Below, piece after piece: positions 49,926-59,142 of a stretch of DNA of 64,000 bases. How positions within the stretch are numbered: position 1 is the first letter of the stretch; each line of letters begins with the position of its first letter. A program made the position numbers and the translations under genes. The stretch covers positions 128,001 to 192,000 of the forward strand of contig JAHPZH010000005.1 of the NCBI GenBank assembly GCA_019058315.1. The letters run 5' to 3'. The notes beneath the pieces were generated by a model. That model made no database searches. It was not told the origin of the DNA and saw nothing but the letters and a program-made list of their open reading frames with translations. This DNA is from Candidatus Helarchaeota archaeon. GTDB lineage: Archaea; Asgardarchaeota; Lokiarchaeia; Helarchaeales; RDOG01.

Positions 49926-51239
49926 TTAATCTTTTAAGGAATAATATGATGGATCTTTCATTCTTTTTTTTCTAGTTTGAAAAAAACGATTAAGAAATGG
50001 ATGAAATCCTGTTGAACCTTTTAAGAAACCCATTTCATGCTTCCTTAATTCTTCAATATAACGTTTAACATCCTTTGTATTGACTAGATCTGAATTTTGC
50101 TGATCTAATGCAACATCATTAGTCCATCCCCAATCCCATTTATTTTCCAATTTAGCAAAAGGGGTAAATTTGGATACAAAATTAGTGTATACATTAACAC
50201 CTGCCATTATTCTCCTAATTTCATTCCAACCTGCAACTTCAATAAACATTTCATTTAAAGATTTTTGACTATAATCTATTAAATGATCCAGAATATCTAT
50301 GGGGAGTTTTTCTATATTGCCAAGATTATCCGGATAACTTAATTTTGAAGGATGAATTAATTCTTTTGTCCATAATCCTATTGAAGTAATATTTTGAGAA
50401 AAATCAGAGGGTTCAGAAAAACATGTGCCCCAATCATTGAATTTTACTGATTTCATGTTTTTTAGAGTCATACCAATGATAATATTTGGAATTTTAGACT
50501 TAATCTCAGTTTTCTGGTAATCTAACAGAAAAATATCCAAATCTAACGGATTTTTTCCTGTATAGAGATCTGTGAATTCCTTAAATATTAGAACCTCATC
50601 CGGAGAATCAGTTTCGTAAGGACCATGATTAAAATTTCCAGATCTACAATCTGCACTTGCTAAAAAATTTCTGCTTGTTAATAAACCGATAGTTCTTTTA
50701 AGCTTTTTATTTAATTCTGGTTTTATAGGTCTCATTTCTTTTAATAATGAATCAATAAAATCTTGTGAGAGAAAACGAATTGAACCATCTTCTACTGCCA
50801 TTGTGCCACTATCAAGATAATTTGGGCATAATTTTGACCAAAAATCTAAAATAAATTTGGTTTCTTTCTTTTTTTCCTCGGGTTCAACTATGATATTGGT
50901 GTTGCCAGTAGCTTTTTTTTCTAAATTATCGTAGATTATTTGCGCTCTACCATGTAAGTATAACATTATATAAGAATTAAAATCTAATTGATTTCTATAA
51001 CTTGCCAGAGTTTTATTTCGCTTGCCAATTTCCTCAGGAGTAATTATTTTTGCTATTTCTTTTGTTATTTTATATGAGAAAGCTTGATCATACAGTAATT
51101 GACAGGCAACATGAATATAATGAGTTACTGGAAAGAGCTCACTTTCAACGACAACTCTTCCAATTAAATTTTCACGGACATTTTCAGAAACATAATAAAT
51201 TAATTTGTTTGTTTCCTCATCACTAATATTGCCTAACAT
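49926..51239 (-). CDS. Hypothetical protein, likely co-transcribed with 48900-49919
   Basis: 437-aa ORF ending 6 nt before the next gene; no motif recognised. Confidence 0.8.
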   Translation of the reverse strand: MLGNISDEETNKLIYYVSENVRENLIGRVVVESELFPVTHYIHVACQLLYDQAFSYKITKEIAKIITPEEIGKRNKTLASYRNQLDFNSYIMLYLHGRAQIIYDNLEKKATGNTNIIVEPEEKKKETKFILDFWSKLCPNYLDSGTMAVEDGSIRFLSQDFIDSLLKEMRPIKPELNKKLKRTIGLLTSRNFLASADCRSGNFNHGPYETDSPDEVLIFKEFTDLYTGKNPLDLDIFLLDYQKTEIKSKIPNIIIGMTLKNMKSVKFNDWGTCFSEPSDFSQNITSIGLWTKELIHPSKLSYPDNLGNIEKLPIDILDHLIDYSQKSLNEMFIEVAGWNEIRRIMAGVNVYTNFVSKFTPFAKLENKWDWGWTNDVALDQQNSDLVNTKDVKRYIEELRKHEMGFLKGSTGFHPFLNRFFQTRKKRMKDPSYYSLKD

Positions 51240-51427
51240 TTATCAATACACTTTTCAAAAAGTCTTATTGCAATATACTTCATTTTAATTCTTTTATTGA
51301 TTCTTATTCTCTAAATATATCAAGATTTTCATTTTTCTAGAAAATAATAAAAAGAGTATAAACCATAAAAATTAGCATTATTTAGGTCCTAGTTAATATT
51401 TATTACATGAATAAATGAGGTAAAAAA

Positions 51428-52423
51428 ATGACAAAAGCTAAGAAAAAGGTAAAGAAAAAGAAAACTGAAGAAAAAAAAGCAGATATTGAAATTGGAACAA
51501 AAAAGAAAAAACAAGAAGCTAATGGAGCATTTAAACAGATGTCAAAGGCCTATTCGACCTCTGCTAAACTCATGAAAGCAAAAATGAAAAAAGAAAGAGC
51601 AGATGATTTAGAACTCCTCGACAAAGCAGCAGATGATAATATTATCATAGTTAAAGGGGTTTATGATAAAGTTGAACTTGTTATGGATGCTGTTGGCTTG
51701 GAATATATTTTTTTAGAGGAAGAAGCTGTAGGGAGAGTTGATTTTAGGTCAGACCAAATCCTGATCATCAATTGTCCAGGGAGTAAAATTGATGAGCAAG
51801 GAATTAATGATATACGAGATTTCGTAAAAAAGGGAGGATTCTTATTAAGTACCGATTGGGTACTAAAAAATATCCTGGAAAAAGCATTTCCTGGTTATAT
51901 AGAATATAATGGGCATAGCACTGGAGATGAAGTTGTTGGAATCCAGGTTATTGATAAATCACATCCTTTACTTAAAGGAATGTTTAGTGATGTATCAAAT
52001 CCTCAATGGTGGTTAGAAGGATCTTCGTATCCGATTAGAATTTTAAATAAAAAAGCGGTTAAGGTATTAATTAGTAGTAAAGATATGAAAAAACGTTATG
52101 GGGATGACCCAGTCGTTGTATATTTCGATTATGGTAAAGGTAAAGTAATGCATATGCTTTCACATTATTATCTTCAACGCACTGAAACCAGAACGGAAAG
52201 ACAAAAGAAATCAGCAAAAGCCTATGCTGCCGAAATGAAAATAAGTAAGGATGAAATCGATATGGAAGATTTGGAAGATATCTCACTTGGAGAGGTTGAA
52301 TCAGCTTATACATCGGCTCAGTTTATAGGAAATTTAATTGTTGAAAAACAAAAAGAAAATGTAGAATTGCATAAAGCTAAAGATAAAAAGTTAAAAAAAG
52401 GGAAAAAAACAAAAAAATCCTAG
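51428..52423 (+). CDS. Class I glutamine amidotransferase-like fold protein with Lys-rich termini
   Basis: ILIINCPG, IRDFVKKGGFLLSTDW, YGKGKVMH pattern; SD GAGGT upstream. Confidence 0.65.
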   Translation: MTKAKKKVKKKKTEEKKADIEIGTKKKKQEANGAFKQMSKAYSTSAKLMKAKMKKERADDLELLDKAADDNIIIVKGVYDKVELVMDAVGLEYIFLEEEAVGRVDFRSDQILIINCPGSKIDEQGINDIRDFVKKGGFLLSTDWVLKNILEKAFPGYIEYNGHSTGDEVVGIQVIDKSHPLLKGMFSDVSNPQWWLEGSSYPIRILNKKAVKVLISSKDMKKRYGDDPVVVYFDYGKGKVMHMLSHYYLQRTETRTERQKKSAKAYAAEMKISKDEIDMEDLEDISLGEVESAYTSAQFIGNLIVEKQKENVELHKAKDKKLKKGKKTKKS

Positions 52424-52523
52424 AATTTCAAAGCTTTTACAATTCATTATATAAAAAAATGGATTTATTTTTGTTAATATGTAAGATAAAAAAAAAGGTT
52501 GTATAATTTTTAATAGACTTAGC

Positions 52524-53090
52524 TTATGCTTCTTTTAATTTAATTAGTTTTGGGATTAATAAGACTAACATTCCACCAAGTGTTACCAATGTTGCAATAA
52601 TTGCTAATGCAGTTGGTTTTGCCATATAGATTAGTAGACCTAACAGAATATAAGGAGTCCTGTTACCTCTACTTACACCACTAGAGGCAAGTGCTATAAT
52701 GAGATCTGTAAGGCGAAGTTGTTGCCATTGATTTAAAGTAATTGCACCTAAAATTGCTCCAGTTATACCTATCCCGATTGAAACCCATTCCAATATAGCT
52801 AACATTTTATTTTCAGAGTCCCCTGAAACCATCGCAATTATTCTAGAAATTAAAATTAGAATAGGACCAATAAAAGCCAATGTTATACCAGCAATCGCAA
52901 TTCCAGGCGAATATAATATAAATAATATAAGCGGTATAATGTCCGCAGGGGTATCTTGTGCAAGTAAGGCCATGATTATGATAAATAACGTGTTGGAATC
53001 AACGTCAGCAAGACCCAATCCAATTAAAAGCGCACCAATTCCGAGGAGCCCGAGTCCAATAAATGTTAAAATATCTCTCGCTTCTACCAT
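52524..53090 (-). CDS. Hydrophobic membrane protein
   Basis: 188 aa, mostly TM helices. Confidence 0.75.
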   Translation of the reverse strand: MVEARDILTFIGLGLLGIGALLIGLGLADVDSNTLFIIIMALLAQDTPADIIPLILFILYSPGIAIAGITLAFIGPILILISRIIAMVSGDSENKMLAILEWVSIGIGITGAILGAITLNQWQQLRLTDLIIALASSGVSRGNRTPYILLGLLIYMAKPTALAIIATLVTLGGMLVLLIPKLIKLKEA

Positions 53091-53208
53091 TATTATTCCT
53101 TCTATAAATTATTAAATTAGAAAAAAAATTAGTTGATATTTTAAAGATTTTTACTTATTAAATCTTTTTTTATTTTAAAAGAAAAAGAGGGTGTTTTAAT
53201 AAGATTTA

Positions 53209-53907
53209 TTAACCTTTACTCATTGATTTTGCAATTCTATATTTGCATGAGGGAAAATTATCACATTTACATTCAATTTCTTCTACTTGAACATGTAGAG
53301 GGGATATGAATTCATCAATAACACCTTTAAGCAAACCAGCTTGAATCTCGCATATTGACTTAAATTCCTTATTTCCATCACAAATGCAATTTTGAATCTC
53401 TAAAAAAAAGCTATCATTCGAAAGTGGATCTAATTTAACTTCTGCTTTAACATTTGCAATTGGATATGTAATTTCCACAGCGAGAGCTGCTAGCTGCGTG
53501 ATATTTTCGAAACTCAATTCCATTGAATTAAATTGTTTGGAATATAATTGTGCTGCCCCATTTTTTGCCATCTCCAATCCAATTTCCCTAGCGATTTTTT
53601 GATCGTTAAAATATTTTTTAAAAAGAACAGAGTGAAGGAATTGATAAAAAGTAACGCTGTAGATATTTCTATCTTCAAATGCTTTGGATTTGCGAGCAGG
53701 ATAAAATAATTTTGATGTAGGTCCTTTTTCGATTTTGTATATTAAACCTTTTTCTGCCATACCTTCCAAATATTTTGCAGTGGAATTTCTATTAAGTTTA
53801 ATTTTTTTGGCTATTTGTGATATTGTTAATCCCAGATCCTCCTTTTCCAATAAATTGAGGATCTTGATCTGTTGTTTTGAACCACTTTTTTTCAATAGAA
53901 ATCCCAT
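53209..53907 (-). CDS. HTH + V4R domain transcriptional regulator
   Basis: LTISQIAKKIKLNRNSTAKYL HTH; C..C...CEIQAGLLKG..VEEIECK...CKY V4R motif. Confidence 0.88.
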   Translation of the reverse strand: MGFLLKKSGSKQQIKILNLLEKEDLGLTISQIAKKIKLNRNSTAKYLEGMAEKGLIYKIEKGPTSKLFYPARKSKAFEDRNIYSVTFYQFLHSVLFKKYFNDQKIAREIGLEMAKNGAAQLYSKQFNSMELSFENITQLAALAVEITYPIANVKAEVKLDPLSNDSFFLEIQNCICDGNKEFKSICEIQAGLLKGVIDEFISPLHVQVEEIECKCDNFPSCKYRIAKSMSKG

Positions 53908-54039
53908 TTAAAAAAATGTTAAATTATTTGATTAAATATCTAATTTCAAGACATTATAAAAAATATATTCTTTATGGATGAAACTTTTTAATCATTATAT
54001 ATTTAGAAACATGATATAATAAAGATCGCATTTAAAAAA

Positions 54040-55521
54040 TTATATAATTTTATCTTGTTTTAGAATTTCAAATAATTCAAGAGCTGACATCGCGGCTAAT
54101 TCAGTTCCTATACCCCAGCCACCAGCATCGGCAGAAGAGAGGTATAATCCTTCAATAGGTGTTTTTTGTGATGGTCTTTTGTGACCTACTTGATCAATAG
54201 TCTGACCAATCCCAGTTCCTGCACCTTCTTTACCCATTCTCTTTTCAAGGTAAACATCAGATACAAAATCGGTAAAAACAATATGTTCTTCAACTTCAGG
54301 CCATAATGATAATAGCGAATTCATGCAAGTCTTCTCCCACTTTTTACTATTAGTTTCACGTTCGGCCATTGTTAGGTTTGCAACTCCAAGTGTAGTGGTT
54401 ACTGTATGAATATTTTGACAACCTTCGGGAGCTAATTTCGGATCATGATTACTCACTGGAACAATTAACAAAGCACTTTTCTCTGGAATTTCTATTTCTT
54501 TACTATCAATAGCAGAACCGTCAAATTTTCCTCTCAAAGTCTCTAGAATTCTCATATCCATCGGTGGGACGTATGTAATCATTTTTTGGTCAGTTATTAT
54601 AGTATCTAAAGATATTTTTTGGCTGCATACTTGCCCGCCCCAAATTAAGCCTTTAATACGTTCAGTATATGCTTTATTAAAATTCTTTTCCCCCGCTAAT
54701 TTAAGGATTGTTGTTTTAATATCTGCATTTGAGATCACAATATCCGCTGGATAGAATTTATTATCAGGACCAGCCTCAATTCCTTTAGCCTTTCCATCTT
54801 CAATAACTATTTTATTTACCGTTCCCTCTTCACCTATAATGATTTTTCCTCCAGAACTTTCAATAGCCCTACAATAAGCTTCGGGAACGGCACCACAACC
54901 ACCAATTGGATAGCCCATCGAACGATTCATGCCATTAAGGCGGACACAACGAACAAATTCTCCCGCAGAAGTAATATCTGGAGCAGTGCCAAACATGACT
55001 CCACCTTGCATCATGTACATCATTTTTGTCATTGCGTATCTTGAACTATCAGGAATAACTTCATTTAAATAATCTATTAGCCTAACTTCATCTAATTTTT
55101 TTATTTCTTCAGGGGTCATTTCAATAAATTTTTGCATAATTTCTTTTCCAGGTGCGGGTTTTTTACTTTTAGTTGGTCTATCCCGTTTCTTCTTGCCTTT
55201 TTTTCTTTGACCGGAATAGGAAATCCAATTACCCATAATATTAATTCTTGGTCCTGGATTAACTGTGTGGCTCCATTCTACCGTTTGACCACATCTGTCT
55301 AGTATTTCGCCTAATGGACCTTTCTCACAATTGCTAATAATATGGCAACCAATGTCCATACGCCAAGTTCTTCCTTGTTCATCTTTTTTATTATATGATG
55401 CACAACGTCCTCCAAGGATCGTGTTTTGTTCAAATAAAATAATATCTGATTTACTTTCTTTACTAAGTAAAGCTCCAATACCTGAACCACCTATCCCGCT
55501 ACCAATTATTATGACTTTCAT
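54040..55521 (-). CDS. Phytoene desaturase (CrtI/COG1233)-like FAD oxidoreductase, close paralog of 42914-44377
   Basis: IIGSGIGGSGIGAL, WGGQVCS, APEGCQN, GKEGAGTGIGQ, SSADAGGWG shared with the paralog. Confidence 0.88.
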   Translation of the reverse strand: MKVIIIGSGIGGSGIGALLSKESKSDIILFEQNTILGGRCASYNKKDEQGRTWRMDIGCHIISNCEKGPLGEILDRCGQTVEWSHTVNPGPRINIMGNWISYSGQRKKGKKKRDRPTKSKKPAPGKEIMQKFIEMTPEEIKKLDEVRLIDYLNEVIPDSSRYAMTKMMYMMQGGVMFGTAPDITSAGEFVRCVRLNGMNRSMGYPIGGCGAVPEAYCRAIESSGGKIIIGEEGTVNKIVIEDGKAKGIEAGPDNKFYPADIVISNADIKTTILKLAGEKNFNKAYTERIKGLIWGGQVCSQKISLDTIITDQKMITYVPPMDMRILETLRGKFDGSAIDSKEIEIPEKSALLIVPVSNHDPKLAPEGCQNIHTVTTTLGVANLTMAERETNSKKWEKTCMNSLLSLWPEVEEHIVFTDFVSDVYLEKRMGKEGAGTGIGQTIDQVGHKRPSQKTPIEGLYLSSADAGGWGIGTELAAMSALELFEILKQDKII

Positions 55522-55643
55522 TTTTTATATCTCTGTTTTCAAATTATATTTTAAAATTTAATTATCTAGTAGAAGAGTACATTAATATCTAGTTAGATAT
55601 AATTGTTCTTTATATTCCATGTATTATTCAAAAGGGTGTAAAT

Positions 55644-56786
55644 ATGGAAGATTTGTTTTTTTCTGACAAAGAAATACGGTTACAAAAAGAAATTCGAGGA
55701 TTTCTAAAAAAAGAATTAGAACCAATAAAAGAGAATATTAACAAGAATGATGAAATCCCTCTTGAATTAATTAGAAAAATCGGGGCAAAGGGGTATTTTG
55801 GTCCATTGATTTCCAAAGAATATGGGGGTTCAGAATTAGGAATGATAAGTCACATGATCATCACTGAAGAAATTTCCAGATTAAATGTTGCCGTATCAGT
55901 TACACGGACTCCATGTATTTTAGATGGAATAACGCTATTTAGATACGGAACGAAGGAGCAAAAAGAAAAATATTTATCAGTCATAGCCAGAGCTGAAAAA
56001 ATTTGTGCAATTTGCATTACTGAAAAAGGAGCGGGAACAGATGTGGCAGGGATTCAAACAATAGCTGAAAAAAAGGGAGGAGAATATGTAATTAACGGAT
56101 CTAAGAGATTTATTACAAACGCAGGTTTAGCAGATTACTACTTTGTTTGGGCTTTAACCGATCAGAAAGTCAACCCCCGTGATGGACTTAGTATTTTTTT
56201 GGTGGAAAAAGATACTCCAGGCTTTATAACAGATAATCCATACGGATTAATGGGTTTAAGGGGAGTTAAAAATGGAACTCTTGAATTTGAAAATGTTTAT
56301 GTTCCTAAAGAAAATCTTATTGGAGAAGAGGGGAAAGGGTTCCAAATGTTAATGAAGACTTTTAATGTTGAGAGATTAACTCTAAGTTCTGAATGTAATG
56401 GCATATCACTAGCTGCATTTGAGGATTCAAAGAAATACGTCAGAGAAAGGATTCAGTTCGGAAAAAAAATCGCGACATTTCAAGCAATTCGTCTAAAAAT
56501 TGCTAAAATGGCAACAGAAATCCGTGCTGCAAGACTTTTAACTTACAGTTCTGCAAGACTCTGGGATTTAGGAAAAGAAGTAACCAAAGAAGCGTCCATG
56601 TCCAAAGCTTTTTCAAGTAAAACTGCTGTTGAAACTACAACCGAAGCAGTTCAAGTTCATGGCGGAGATGGATATACCGATGTTTACCCCGTAGAACGAT
56701 ATATGAGAGATGCGAAATTCTTTCAAATTGGCGGAGGAACTAGTGAGATACAAAATTTAATTATTGCTAGAGAAGAACTTAAATGA
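55644..56786 (+). CDS. Acyl-CoA dehydrogenase
   Basis: ITEKGAGTD, NGSKRFITN, RIQFGKKI, QVHGGDGY, IGGGTSEIQ. Confidence 0.95.
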   Translation: MEDLFFSDKEIRLQKEIRGFLKKELEPIKENINKNDEIPLELIRKIGAKGYFGPLISKEYGGSELGMISHMIITEEISRLNVAVSVTRTPCILDGITLFRYGTKEQKEKYLSVIARAEKICAICITEKGAGTDVAGIQTIAEKKGGEYVINGSKRFITNAGLADYYFVWALTDQKVNPRDGLSIFLVEKDTPGFITDNPYGLMGLRGVKNGTLEFENVYVPKENLIGEEGKGFQMLMKTFNVERLTLSSECNGISLAAFEDSKKYVRERIQFGKKIATFQAIRLKIAKMATEIRAARLLTYSSARLWDLGKEVTKEASMSKAFSSKTAVETTTEAVQVHGGDGYTDVYPVERYMRDAKFFQIGGGTSEIQNLIIAREELK

Positions 56787-56831
56787 ATTGGGTAAAAAAT
56801 CTTTAATATAAAAAAAAAATTATAATTTAGA

Positions 56832-57764
56832 TCACTTCTTTTTAACGACAATTACTATCACAATAGTAATACCGATTATAACAGCAACAGCAATTCCTAT
56901 GATAAGTCCTGTGTTTGCTCCACTTTCCATGGTCATCAAGGCTAATAGTACTAATGGAAGTAAATTAGTGCCACCAGCATTTTTTGTAAGGTTCATTTCC
57001 CAAACCAGAACCCAACCTCCACTGTATGTATACCATCGACTACAATTTACAATTCCTCTATTATTGATAACTAATTCTTTCATGTGGTCTCCATTAGTCA
57101 TTCCATCCCATACTCTCCAGATTCCTTCAACATTTGGAGATGCAGGATTGCTTTGTGAAACTCCAGATCCGCCACCGCCATGATGTAACATTATTCCCCA
57201 CGTCGTATTTACAATTGTATGATTAGTATGCGTCCAGTTCATAGGAACACAAAACGGAAGAAAATATGTTAGTAAATATCCAGGTGTTATATTTACGTAG
57301 AAGTTATAAAGACCTTGACAATTTGAAATGCCACTCTGTTCCCATTGTCTAAATGAAGAATTATACGCACTTATGACCCAAGGAAGACTTACTCCCATAA
57401 ATTCACTAGTGAGTAAGCTCCAACCAGATGATTGATTATAATAATATACTAACGCCGTTATTAAATCTGCATACCAAAGCCAACCAGTCTCATCATATAA
57501 CAAAAAAGCCCAAGAGTTATATCCATAAGTATACTTAAAATACACTTTATCACAGCTATTCATAGGAATAGATCCAAATAAACTATTACCACCAACAGTA
57601 CAATTATATAGATAATTTCTGATTGTAGAAGAATTAAATCCATTACCCCCTTCTTGCCAAGGTGGTGGTGGTATTTGGGCGGATATTGATTGAATAGGAA
57701 GAAGGAATAGCATTGATGCAATCAAAGTAACTAACAGAGGTAGAAATAAATTATTTTTTTTCAT
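56832..57764 (-). CDS. Secreted, C-terminally membrane-anchored protein
   Basis: Signal peptide, aromatic/Asn-rich ectodomain with sequons, C-terminal TM + KKK. Confidence 0.8.
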   Translation of the reverse strand: MKKNNLFLPLLVTLIASMLFLLPIQSISAQIPPPPWQEGGNGFNSSTIRNYLYNCTVGGNSLFGSIPMNSCDKVYFKYTYGYNSWAFLLYDETGWLWYADLITALVYYYNQSSGWSLLTSEFMGVSLPWVISAYNSSFRQWEQSGISNCQGLYNFYVNITPGYLLTYFLPFCVPMNWTHTNHTIVNTTWGIMLHHGGGGSGVSQSNPASPNVEGIWRVWDGMTNGDHMKELVINNRGIVNCSRWYTYSGGWVLVWEMNLTKNAGGTNLLPLVLLALMTMESGANTGLIIGIAVAVIIGITIVIVIVVKKK

Positions 57765-57978
57765 AGTTTTCCCTACCTATAATATGAACTATTAAAATTC
57801 TATATAAAAAATTTTATATAAAAATTTATTCGAAAATCTAGTTTTTTTATGAAAACAAACTAATATCTATAAGAAATATTACATTCAAACTTACTGGAAA
57901 CAGATTTCCAATAATAGAATTAATACAAAATAAAAAATGAAATAAATTATTTTTTTTATCATTTTGTCCCAATATTAT

Positions 57979-58049
57979 ACTGGAATAAGGAGCGCATCCC
58001 TATCAATAATACATTAAATTTTTTTGTATTATTTCATTTTTCTTCCAGT
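57979..58049 (-). promoter_or_regulatory. Eukaryote-like SECIS element in the 3' UTR of the selenoprotein gene
   Basis: Minus-strand RNA: ACUGGAA GAAAA AUGA AAUAAUACA AAAAAAUUUAA UGUAUUAUU GA UAGGGA UGCGC UCCUUA UUCCAGU. It shows helix I (ACUGGAA/UUCCAGU), an AUGA...GA core, a perfect 9-bp helix II and an A-rich apical loop, starting 1 nt after the TAG. Confidence 0.85.
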
Positions 58050-58050
58050 T

Positions 58051-58374
58051 CTATTTTAAATCACCGATTATTAGATAACCTCTTCCTTCATCTATTTTTC
58101 CATCAATTATTATTTTTTCTGCCATAAATAGAAAATATGCTGCATCTTCATCTACAAAAACTTGCAATCCATTTATAGTTCCTAATAATTCTAACTCATT
58201 CAATCTTGATGTATCCTCAAAATGGATCGATGTCCAGTGTGCTCTTTGAGTAGTACATCAAGAAAACCGCTCAAATTCTGTTATCACCAATATTTCATTA
58301 TTTTCTTTATTGTTTTTTAGTCGTTCAGTGATCACACGTTTGGCAAGGTCTGTCAACTCAATCTTTATAGTCAT
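58051..58374 (-). CDS. Selenoprotein, HesB/IscA-like fold, U-C motif (107 aa, Sec39)
   Basis: MTIKIELTDLAKRVITERLKNNKENNEILVITEFERFS-U(TGA 58260-58258)-CTTQRAHWTSIHFEDTSRLNELELLGTINGLQVFVDEDAAYFLFMAEKIIIDGKIDEGRGYLIIGDLK. HesB-like pattern (IELTDxA...INGLQVFVD...IID...G.L) on both sides of the UGA; SECIS downstream. Confidence 0.85.
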
Positions 58375-58456
58375 TCTAATTCAACTTTATATTCTTATCT
58401 TGTTAATACTCATTACTATTTAATAAAAACGATTTTGTAAAAATAAAAATTAGATT

Positions 58457-58744
58457 TTAATCTTTTATACCAGGTCCTTTAATAACACCTTCATGGTCAT
58501 CATAAGGGATTTGACGAATTAACGCCCAATTTTTTACTGCTCTGGAGTAAATTCGAACATCCTTAATATCGTCATATGCTCCGAAATAAACTACAACACT
58601 ACAATCTTTATCTTTGGTCTTGAATTTTCCAGCAATTTTTTTGATGAAAATTGGTTCATCTTCTATATCCATTTGAATTTTAGAATTCTTAGATAATAAT
58701 TCAATTGCAAGATCAATACCTGTCTTAATATCATCTTCTTTCAT
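58457..58744 (-). CDS. Small hypothetical protein, tandem paralog of 58760-59026
   Basis: MKEDDIKTGID...FIKKIAGKF vs MKKQDIEKGIE...FMRKLDGKF. Confidence 0.7.
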   Translation of the reverse strand: MKEDDIKTGIDLAIELLSKNSKIQMDIEDEPIFIKKIAGKFKTKDKDCSVVVYFGAYDDIKDVRIYSRAVKNWALIRQIPYDDHEGVIKGPGIKD

Positions 58745-58759
58745 ACAACATTCGCTCCA

Positions 58760-59026
58760 TTAACTAACTTCTCCCAAATCTTCTACTTTGATATTTCTTT
58801 TTTGCGCTCCTTTTATAACCATTTTTTCTAATAAAGCTATTTTCTCGGGATCTTCCGAAATTAAAACATACCCCAGAATACTGCGCACTTCATTATTGGA
58901 ATCCAAGAATTTTCCGTCCAATTTTCTCATAAAGCATATATCTTCCTTATAATCTATTTTTGTTTTGGAATTTTTTAGCGTTTCTACGAATATTTCTATT
59001 CCTTTTTCGATATCTTGTTTTTTCAT
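58760..59026 (-). CDS. Small hypothetical protein, tandem paralog of 58457-58744
   Basis: See paralog; 15-nt spacing. Confidence 0.7.
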   Translation of the reverse strand: MKKQDIEKGIEIFVETLKNSKTKIDYKEDICFMRKLDGKFLDSNNEVRSILGYVLISEDPEKIALLEKMVIKGAQKRNIKVEDLGEVS

Positions 59027-59142
59027 ATGATTAAACCCTTAATAATGTGGAATAAAATATTGAAATTCTATCCAATTAATCTATTCTTTATATTAACCTA
59101 ACTCCCTTATAAATTATAATTGAAAAAAATATACCTTTAGAA

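Noticed and set aside
4243-56834. Other TGA-terminated genes (TPR 4245, GTPase 24297, E1 27623, 38888, ACAD 56786, 56832) as selenoproteins
   Set aside because: The TGA falls at natural domain ends with no Cys/redox context, and I noticed no SECIS-like hairpin
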